A stretch of DNA of 64,000 nt from Candidatus Eiseniibacteriota bacterium. Its GTDB lineage: Bacteria > Eisenbacteria > RBG-16-71-46. Of the stretch, positions 58,001 through 64,000 are shown in pieces. The stretch is from NCBI GenBank assembly GCA_041483195.1, contig JBGPFC010000013.1:1-64000 (forward strand), in the 5' to 3' direction. The notes beneath the pieces were generated by a model. That model did no database searches and was not told the origin of the DNA. It was given only the letters and a program-made list of their open reading frames with translations. Position numbers and translations under genes: made by a program. Each line of letters opens with the position of its first letter. Position 1 is the first letter of the stretch.

Positions 58001-58203
58001 GCGAGGCCGCCGAGGAAAGCGGCCACCACCGTCGCGGTCGCCTGCAGCGAATTGCCCAGCAGGTAGCCCAGCTCCTTCGTCCACACGACTTCGTAGAGGA
58101 GGCCCGCGACCCCCGAGAGGAAGAAACAGATCGCGCCCCATGCGGGCAGCACTGCCGCGCCCTTCGGGCGCGGGGATCTTATGGCGCGGCGGGGATCGGT
58201 CAT
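55069..58203 (-). CDS. Fused MFS-like membrane / spermidine-synthase-like methyltransferase with C-terminal TPR
   Basis: Duplicated TM halves (LYEVVW / AFQIAW, NTLG), VIGLGSG, VELEP, GDAR, SEPSNPW, TPR tail. Confidence 0.87.
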   Translation of the reverse strand: MTDPRRAIRSPRPKGAAVLPAWGAICFFLSGVAGLLYEVVWTKELGYLLGNSLQATATVVAAFLGGLALGAYWLGVPLARRGRGPRTYALLELGVLALGLASVPVLRGLDAPIGALYRAFGGEGAAFGCARLVGLVVLLLPPAALMGATLPVLVGHFERDRVGPGLARLYALNTLGAVAGSMLGGFALLPAIGLAATTWVAAALNASVALVAWRVRAPAAPVPVGGADSTRSAIDRGAKAAGERSARRGAPAARASEPPALAGSRRHLFAALFALSGFAALAFQIAWVRLFGLMFGSSVYSFSAVLAVYLTGLALGSALAAPALRRGVSLTSFASLQVALAVAAALALHAFTRLPEWMFALTQRPGIRWADLFAGEVAMCAALLLAPCAMLGAVFPVATRLLQVRDGGHATGFAYAMNTLGTIAGSLAAGFVLVPRWGVQGTHVAALALSAAVGLAAIAMTAPHPRKAARFAFVAGGAALAAALVILAPRWDPMLMSAGLFRPIQAMNMGLLARYTPGAEPTVRRATRQQRVLFYREGVNASVLVGSNEDGKDRWLRVGGKVDASTSDMQTQALLGLLPAACADSGARTLVIGLGSGITASGVLAAGAGITDVVELEPAVVEASRFFHAHGEHPLDDPRVRLVLGDARTHLAHGGGRFGLIVSEPSNPWIAGVNNLFTVDFYRRVRARLEPRGVFCQWMQLYELSPETFASMLASFLEVFPDGEVFSVWGANDVLLIAMPAGNTFALERLRTPAARRLLERARISSPEEVAGYWAGSFGSLKALARGAALNRDDRPVVEYRAPRDLIEVGRIASAANLRVAGPVPFEAGRPAGLRFAAWTSGAWFVGRVRGLLAIDEDDRARQVVRAARDAGLDSAGARLDREVQAAARSHRAAAERERAKFLYAGGQTDAARAALERAVSIDPADWLSWAMLAEWRYYVDDLPGAEAALERARAVGTPEALGEAALVAGTIELHRQRPLIALERFRETERRVPHRARAYLLEANTLRDGGDLAGARAALKRGLQANPDAVELSDALARLGSPP

Positions 58204-58418
58204 CGGCGTGAGCGCGGAATCCTATCGGCAATCCGCGCGAGCCGCCAGCCGCGTCGCCGACTTGTGGGACTCGCCGGGCGCGGGCGATCGCGCCCGGAAT
58301 TCGCGTCTCGGGAGCCTCAAGCGAGGGGCGCGGGCTGCCGAAAACTCCGGTGAGCACCCGAAGCTGGCGGCCGCTCGCGTTCCCCCACCGTGAGTTCCTC
58401 GAAATGGGTCGGTCCCAC

Positions 58419-59087
58419 ATGCACGTGCGCGATGCTCTGATGGCCGTTGCGATGATCGTCGCGGCCCCCGCCGTGCACGCCGGGGTGATCCGGGGCACGG
58501 TCCGCGTTCCGAGCCTCGGGCAGGGCGGCGCACCGGCGCCCGATCCGTACGCGGGACGCGCGAGCGCGATGCCCATGGCGCGCAGCGTGCCCCACGGCAG
58601 CGTCACGGACGCCGTGGTGTTCGTCGAGAGCGTCTCGCCAGCTGTCGACTCGGCGCTCGCGGCCTCGGCCCCGCGTCCGCGGCTCGCGCAGAAGGACCAG
58701 TCGTTCGTGCCGCGCGTGCTCCCGATCGCGGTGGGAACCACCGTCGACTTTCCGAATCTCGACCCGATCTATCACAACGTCTTCAGCCCTTCACCGCTCA
58801 AGCGCTTCGACCTGGGCAAGTATCCCCGCGGCCAGTCGAAGAGCGTGACCTTCGGGCGGCCGGGCGTGGTCAACGTGTACTGCGACATCCACTCCGACAT
58901 GGAGGCGTTCGTGCTGGTGCTCCCGCATCATGCGTTCACGCAACCCTCCGCTTCCGGCGCGTTCGAGCTTCCCTCGCTCCCGCCGGGAAGCTACGTGCTG
59001 CGCGCGTGGCACCCCGACTTCCACGAGCTGCGGCGCGAGGTCGAGGTGCCGGCCAACGGCGACGTCTCGGTGGACCTGAGCTTCTGA
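58419..59087 (+). CDS. Secreted cupredoxin-like protein with a carboxypeptidase-regulatory-like Ig fold
   Basis: Signal peptide, F.PRVL....GTTV.FPN.D.IYHNVFS, YCDIHSDM, G.F.L..LPPGSY.L.AWH. Confidence 0.82.
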   Translation: MHVRDALMAVAMIVAAPAVHAGVIRGTVRVPSLGQGGAPAPDPYAGRASAMPMARSVPHGSVTDAVVFVESVSPAVDSALAASAPRPRLAQKDQSFVPRVLPIAVGTTVDFPNLDPIYHNVFSPSPLKRFDLGKYPRGQSKSVTFGRPGVVNVYCDIHSDMEAFVLVLPHHAFTQPSASGAFELPSLPPGSYVLRAWHPDFHELRREVEVPANGDVSVDLSF

Positions 59088-59089
59088 CC

Positions 59090-60916
59090 ATGCGGTTCCC
59101 GCTACGCTGGAAGATCGTGCTCTTCACGGTGCTGCCGCTGGTCACCCTGACCATCTCCGTGCTGTGGATGGTGAACCGGAGCATCTCCGAGCAGGTCCAG
59201 CGCAGCATCCAGGACGATCTCCGCCGTTCGTCCGCCGTGTTCGAGAACATGCTGGCCTCGCGCGCGCGCGAGCTCGCGATCGAGGGCCAGGTCATCGCGC
59301 AGGACCCGAAGTTCTTCTCGATCCTGACGCTGCCGGGCGGGCACCTCGATCCCCAGGTGCTCGCTACCGTGAGCGGGGTCGCGCGCGATTTCAACACGCT
59401 CACCGCGAGCGACGTGTTCGAGGTGCTGGATGCCGAGGGCCGGCTCATGGCCTCGGTGAGCCGCGAGGTGCTCGCGGATGACGGGCGTCGCGCGCTGTTC
59501 GCCGCCGCGCGCTCCGGGCGCCCGGCATCGGGAGTCGTCGTGGAGCGCGACGCGCACTACCAGGTGGCGATGACGCCGGTGTTCGCGGGCGGGCGCGTGG
59601 TCGGCGCGCTCCTGCTCGGCGCGCGCATCGGCGACGAGCTCGCCGAGCGCCTCGAATCGTTCACCCGCAGCGAGGTCACGTTCCTCGCGGGGGCCACGCC
59701 GACGGTCAGCACGCTCGCACACGCCGAAGACCGCGCGGCGCTGGTGGACGCGATGCCCCGCATCGATGCCGGCCTCGCGACCGGCCCGGCCGCCGGAACG
59801 GTGCTCCAGATCCACAGCGGGAGCGACGTCTACCTCACCCTCGCCCGCGTCATCCCGCAGACCTCGGCCGGGGCGCGCCAGACCTACGTCATGCAGCGCT
59901 CGCTGCGCACCGAGACCGCCTTCCTGCGCGCGATTCAAACCGCGCTCCTCGAGCTCGGGGTCATCGCGCTGATCGCCGCGCTGCTGGCGGGGGTGCTGAT
60001 CGCCGAGCGCATCGTCTCGCCGATGCAGAAGCTGGTGCGGGTCGCCGAGGAGATGGAGCGCGGCAACTACGATTATCCGCTCGAGGTTCACACCCGCGAC
60101 GAGCTGGGCTACCTCGCGACGCGGTTTCGTGACATGCGCCAGCAGCAGCGCACCTACGTGAACAGCCTGCAGGAGATCGCGCGACTGAAGAGCGAGTTCA
60201 TCAGCGTCGCATCGCACGAGCTTCGCACGCCGATCAGCATCGTCCACGGCTACCAGCAGCTGATGCGCGACGGGTTGCTCGGCCCGGTCACCCCGGATCA
60301 GAACGAGGCGCTCCAGGCGATCGGCCGCAGCGTCGCCGATCTCACACGCATCGCGGAGGACGCGACCCGGATGGCGCAGATCGAGGGAGAGCGCCTGGTG
60401 CTCGCCCGCGCGGCGCACGACCCGCGCCGGCTGGTCGAGGAGGCGGTGCGGACCGCGTTCGCCGAGGCCGCGTCGCGCAGCCTGCGGGTGACGACCCAGG
60501 TGGACGCGGCGCTCGACACGATCTGGGTGGACGGACCGCGGCTGACGATGGCGATCTCGAACCTGGTGCGAAACGCGGTGCGGTTCACGCCCGACGGCGG
60601 CGAGATCGACGTGCGGGTGCGCGGCGCCGGCGACCAGCTGGAGATCGCGGTGCGCGACACCGGGGTGGGCATCCCACCCGAGAAGCAGCGGCTGGTGTTC
60701 GAGCGTTCGTTCGTCATCCGCGACTCGCGCAACCATCATTCCTCGGGGGCGCTCGAGTTCAACTCCGGCGGGCTCGGCCTCGGGCTCTCGATCGCATGGG
60801 GCATCGTCGCGGCGCACGGAGGCGACATCCGCGTCGAGAGCGAAGTCGGCCGCGGCAGCACGTTCACGATTCGCCTGCCGCTCGCCGGCGAGCCGGAGAT
60901 GGAACTGGCGGCGTGA
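59090..60916 (+). CDS. Sensor histidine kinase (TM-periplasmic Cache-like-TM-HAMP-HisKA-HATPase)
   Basis: HAMP (RDELG.LA..F..M), ASHELRTP, NLVRNA.RFT, DTGVGI, GLGLGLSI. Confidence 0.93.
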   Translation: MRFPLRWKIVLFTVLPLVTLTISVLWMVNRSISEQVQRSIQDDLRRSSAVFENMLASRARELAIEGQVIAQDPKFFSILTLPGGHLDPQVLATVSGVARDFNTLTASDVFEVLDAEGRLMASVSREVLADDGRRALFAAARSGRPASGVVVERDAHYQVAMTPVFAGGRVVGALLLGARIGDELAERLESFTRSEVTFLAGATPTVSTLAHAEDRAALVDAMPRIDAGLATGPAAGTVLQIHSGSDVYLTLARVIPQTSAGARQTYVMQRSLRTETAFLRAIQTALLELGVIALIAALLAGVLIAERIVSPMQKLVRVAEEMERGNYDYPLEVHTRDELGYLATRFRDMRQQQRTYVNSLQEIARLKSEFISVASHELRTPISIVHGYQQLMRDGLLGPVTPDQNEALQAIGRSVADLTRIAEDATRMAQIEGERLVLARAAHDPRRLVEEAVRTAFAEAASRSLRVTTQVDAALDTIWVDGPRLTMAISNLVRNAVRFTPDGGEIDVRVRGAGDQLEIAVRDTGVGIPPEKQRLVFERSFVIRDSRNHHSSGALEFNSGGLGLGLSIAWGIVAAHGGDIRVESEVGRGSTFTIRLPLAGEPEMELAA

Positions 60917-60979
60917 GCATCCGAGCGCGCCGGAGCTGAATCCCCCGCGCGTCCGGGCTTCATCCCGTCGTCGCGTGCC

Positions 60980-61011
60980 GACCGTTCATCCCCCGCCCGC
61001 GACCAACGGTC
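60980..61011 (+). promoter_or_regulatory. LytTR/AlgR-like box upstream of the membrane PP2C gene
   Basis: ACCGTTCATC at 60981-60990; degenerate ACCAACGGTC 21 bp later, which also forms an inverted repeat GACCGTT/AACGGTC. Confidence 0.5.
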
Positions 61012-61073
61012 GCCCTCGCGCTTGGTTCAGGGTGCGCTCCCCGCCTATGCTGCGCGGCCGAAAGGAGCCCCCC

Positions 61074-62315
61074 ATGCCGCGAGCCGCGAAGCGCGACACC
61101 CCGCTGCGAGACTTCCTCAACCTGCTCTGGCGCCAGCCGCTGATCGCCGTTCCGTTCGCGCTCTTCTTCGGCACCATCTTCGGACGCGGACGGAACGCGT
61201 ACGTTGGCGCCTACTGGGTCTCGCTCATCTTCGCGTATAGCGAGGCCCTGTGCATGTGGGCGCTGACGGAATTCATCCTCCCGCGGCTGCGGGGGCCGAA
61301 GGACGGGTCGGGCGGCTCGAGGTGGATGACCCACACGATCTGGTACGCGGGGGCGGGTCTGTTCGGCGCCTTCATCGCGGCGGTGATCCTGCACTTCACG
61401 CTGATCCCCGGCCTGCTGGGCGACGCGCACGCCGTCACCGTGATCCTCATGTTCACCCTGCTGTTCATGGTGCTGTTCTCCGCCGTGTACTTCGCGAATC
61501 ACTACTACCGAAAGTCGCTCGATCGGGTGCGCGCCGACGAAGAGATGAACCTCGCGCGCCGCATCCAGCGCTCCTTCCTGCTCTCGAGCTTCCCCGAGCG
61601 GCCGCGCTTCGACGTGCACGCGCTCAACGTCTCGTCCAAGCAGGTGAGCGGCGACTTCTACGACGTGGTGCCCGCCGGGGACCGCGCGTTCCTGCTGGCG
61701 ATCGCCGACGTGGCGGGCAAGGGCATGCCGGCCGCCCTGCTCTCGTCCATGCTGCAGGCCTCGTTGCGCACGCAGGCGAACGGCGAACGCTCGGTCGCGA
61801 CCATCCTGCGCAACATCAACGCGCTGGTCTACCGCAGCACGGCGGTCCACCAGTTCGCGACCTTCTTCCTCGCGCGCATCGACGAGGACTCCCTCTCGTT
61901 CTCGTTCTCGAACGCCGGGCACAATTACCCGGTGGTGTTTCGCGAGGGCGGCGCGCGCGAGCTGCTCGTGAAGGGCGGCGTGGTGGTGGGCATCCTCGAG
62001 GACGCGACCTTCGAGGAGGAGCGCATGACGCTGGCCGCGGGCGACCGCCTGGTGTTCTACACCGACGGCGTGACCGAGGCCGCGAACGCGGCCGGCGAGA
62101 TGTTCGGCGAGGAACGCCTCTACCAGCTGGTGGACGCCCTGCCGAAGACGCTCCCCGCGCGCGAGGTGACCGAACGCATCCTCGCCGGGGTGCGCGGATT
62201 CCTCGACGGCGTCGAGGCCGGCGATGACATCACGCTCATGGTGATGCGCGTCACCCCGCCGGCCCCCGCCCGCGCGCCGGCCGGCGCGCCGGGCGCGAGC
62301 GCCCCGACCGCCTGA
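61074..62315 (+). CDS. 4-TM sensor + SpoIIE/PP2C phosphatase
   Basis: AAAGGAG RBS; four hydrophobic segments; ARRIQ, GDFYD, ADVAGKG, NAGH, YTDG, DDIT. Confidence 0.9.
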   Translation: MPRAAKRDTPLRDFLNLLWRQPLIAVPFALFFGTIFGRGRNAYVGAYWVSLIFAYSEALCMWALTEFILPRLRGPKDGSGGSRWMTHTIWYAGAGLFGAFIAAVILHFTLIPGLLGDAHAVTVILMFTLLFMVLFSAVYFANHYYRKSLDRVRADEEMNLARRIQRSFLLSSFPERPRFDVHALNVSSKQVSGDFYDVVPAGDRAFLLAIADVAGKGMPAALLSSMLQASLRTQANGERSVATILRNINALVYRSTAVHQFATFFLARIDEDSLSFSFSNAGHNYPVVFREGGARELLVKGGVVVGILEDATFEEERMTLAAGDRLVFYTDGVTEAANAAGEMFGEERLYQLVDALPKTLPAREVTERILAGVRGFLDGVEAGDDITLMVMRVTPPAPARAPAGAPGASAPTA

Positions 62316-62344
62316 ATCCCGGGCTCCGCCCGCCCGGGCGGCCG

Positions 62345-62375
62345 ACCGTTCGTCCATCCCGTTCGACCGTTCATC
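62345..62375 (+). promoter_or_regulatory. LytTR-type direct repeat operator
   Basis: ACCGTTCGTC (62345-62354) and ACCGTTCATC (62366-62375), 21-bp period, upstream of a LytS-type kinase. Confidence 0.72.
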
Positions 62376-62437
62376 GGCTCGCCGTACCCGGCACCGGCCG
62401 GGCGGGCGATGCTGTGGGCGAGGAAAGGAGATTCCCG

Positions 62438-63544
62438 ATGCCCCGCATGCATCCCGCAGTTCGCGCGCTGATCGACGTCGTGTGGCAGATGCCGTTCGTC
62501 GCGCTCCCATTCGCGCTGTTCTTCGGCACCCTCTTCGGCGCGACCGCGCGCGACTACATCCTCGCGTACAAGCTCTCGCTGGTGTTCGGATTCTCGATCT
62601 CGCTCGGCCTGTGGGGGGTGAAGCAGTTCGTGCGACCGCGCGTGATGCGCCTCGAGGGCGGGCGAACCGGACGCGCGAACTTCCAGATCGGGGTGTGGAT
62701 CTCGACCGTCTGCATCGTCATGTCGTACCTGGCGGCCTACATCATCCATCGCACGCTGCTCCCCGGATTCCTCGGCAGCCCGCGGGCGGTCGCGGTGTCC
62801 GGCATGTTCACGCTGCTGTTCACCGGCCTGTTCGGCGGCATCAACTACGCGATCCTGTTCTATCGCCAGGCCGTGGACCGGGCGCGCGCGGTGGAGCAGA
62901 TCCGCGCCGAGCTGGCGCAGGCCGAGGTGCGCGCGCTGCGCGCCCAGATCAATCCCCACTTCCTCTTCAACACCCTCAACACGATCGCGGCCCTGATCGC
63001 GGAGAACCCGGCCGCCGCCGAAGACATCACGACGCGGCTCGCCGAGGTGTTCCGCTACACGCTCACCGCCTCGGGACGCGAGCACGCCCGGCTCGGCGAC
63101 GAGCTGGATTTTCTCCGCAACTACCTCGCGATCGAGCACGCGCGTTACGAAGACCGGCTGCGCTTCGAGGAGTCGATCGAGCCCGGCCTCGACGCGGCGT
63201 TGGTGCCGAGCATGCTGCTCCAGCCGCTGGTCGAGAACGCCGTCCGCTACGGCGTCTCGGCGCGCGACGAGGGCGGCACGGTGCGGCTCAGCGCGCGACG
63301 CGATGGCTCGCTGCTCGTGATCGAGATCGCGGACGACGGGCCCGGCATGCGGCCCGAGGCGGCCGCCTCCGGGAACGGCTTCGGACTTCACTCGGTGCGG
63401 GAACGGCTGCGGGTCGCCGGCGCCCCGCACGCGATCGATATCGACGGCGCCTCGGGACACGGAACCCGGGTGCGCATCACCCTGCCGCTCGCACCTCGCG
63501 AGACGGCCACTCTTCCCGAACCTCACGGAGAATCGACTTCATGA
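62438..63544 (+). CDS. LytS/YehU-type sensor histidine kinase
   Basis: AAAGGAG RBS; 4 TM; ALRAQINPHFLFNTLN, QPLVENA, DDGPG, GFGL..VRERL. Confidence 0.93.
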   Translation: MPRMHPAVRALIDVVWQMPFVALPFALFFGTLFGATARDYILAYKLSLVFGFSISLGLWGVKQFVRPRVMRLEGGRTGRANFQIGVWISTVCIVMSYLAAYIIHRTLLPGFLGSPRAVAVSGMFTLLFTGLFGGINYAILFYRQAVDRARAVEQIRAELAQAEVRALRAQINPHFLFNTLNTIAALIAENPAAAEDITTRLAEVFRYTLTASGREHARLGDELDFLRNYLAIEHARYEDRLRFEESIEPGLDAALVPSMLLQPLVENAVRYGVSARDEGGTVRLSARRDGSLLVIEIADDGPGMRPEAAASGNGFGLHSVRERLRVAGAPHAIDIDGASGHGTRVRITLPLAPRETATLPEPHGESTS

Positions 63545-64000
63545 AGACGCTCGCATCCGCAACACTCGTCGCCGCGCTGACGGTCGCCATCCTCCACTCG
63601 CCGTGCGCCGCATCGGACGCCGGCATCGCCGCCGCCAAGCGCACGCTGCAGCAGGCGGTCTCCTCCGGGAAGCCCGACGCCCTGCTCGGGGCGCGCGCGC
63701 AGTTCCAGGCGCTGTCCGCGGCCGAGCCCGCTTCCGCAGCGCTCCAATACTGGGTCGCCGTCGCGAGCTGGCGCGCGGTGCCGGTGGTCGCGAGCGTGGA
63801 CCGCAAGAAGGCGGAGCTGATGGCGAAGGACGGGCTCGCGCACTGCGACGAGGCGCTGCGGCTCGACCCCGGCTTCGCGGAGGCCCTCGCGCTCAAGGGC
63901 GGCCTCCAGGGGATGTCGATCATGTTCGACCCCTCCTCGATGATGACGCTCGGCCCGCAGAGCGGCGCGAACATCGCGCGCGCGCTCGCGATGGCGCCCG
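63541..64000 (+). CDS. Secreted TPR-like helical protein (3' truncated by the window)
   Basis: ATGA overlap with the kinase stop; MKTLASATLVAAL signal peptide; CDEALRLDPGFAEALALKG...ARALAMAP; open to the window end. Confidence 0.75.
   Translation, partial: MKTLASATLVAALTVAILHSPCAASDAGIAAAKRTLQQAVSSGKPDALLGARAQFQALSAAEPASAALQYWVAVASWRAVPVVASVDRKKAELMAKDGLAHCDEALRLDPGFAEALALKGGLQGMSIMFDPSSMMTLGPQSGANIARALAMAP

Noticed and set aside
53860..58203. Acyl-CoA dehydrogenase and spermidine-synthase-like gene as part of a biosynthetic cluster with the PKS
   Set aside because: They are over 20 kb from the PKS and convergent, and the dehydrogenase has ordinary glutaryl-CoA DH motifs.

Overview
This is a very GC-rich, gene-dense bacterial chromosomal segment with about 45 real CDSs. 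Most long ORFs in the supplied track are antisense or off-frame shadows. I found no rRNA, tRNA, CRISPR array, IS element or phage gene. Several protein features suggest an FCB-related candidate lineage such as Ca. Eisenbacteria, which is an inference: FlgD-Ig/T9SS-type-A-like C-terminal domains, a C-terminal TWGxxKxxYR tail, a Bacteroidota-style TonB N-terminus and a fused E1 alpha-beta. In order, the window holds: (1) secreted hydrolases, including an alkaline-phosphatase-superfamily gene missing from the ORF track that looks circularly permuted; (2) an 11 kb co-oriented array of secreted beta-propeller/Ig proteins carrying two kinds of C-terminal tag; (3) a SPOR protein, a dehydratase-DUF2891-MFS unit, a TIP-like aquaporin and the glyoxylate shunt (aceB-aceA); (4) GT-C-like membrane proteins and a type III PKS + methyltransferase pair; (5) PP2C/SpoIIE phosphatases, queF, miaB, tonB, a ROK kinase, a second acylase, GH113, E1 alpha-beta, a PIG-L/small protein/SSS unit, a GGT-like enzyme, an acyl-CoA dehydrogenase and a membrane spermidine-synthase-like protein; (6) a signalling cluster at the right end. 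The best candidate for an undescribed system is in that cluster. A PP2C phosphatase and an adjacent LytS-type kinase share a paralogous membrane sensor domain, and both upstream regions carry AlgR/LytTR-like ACCGTTCRTC boxes. All calls are from motif recognition by eye, with no database searches.
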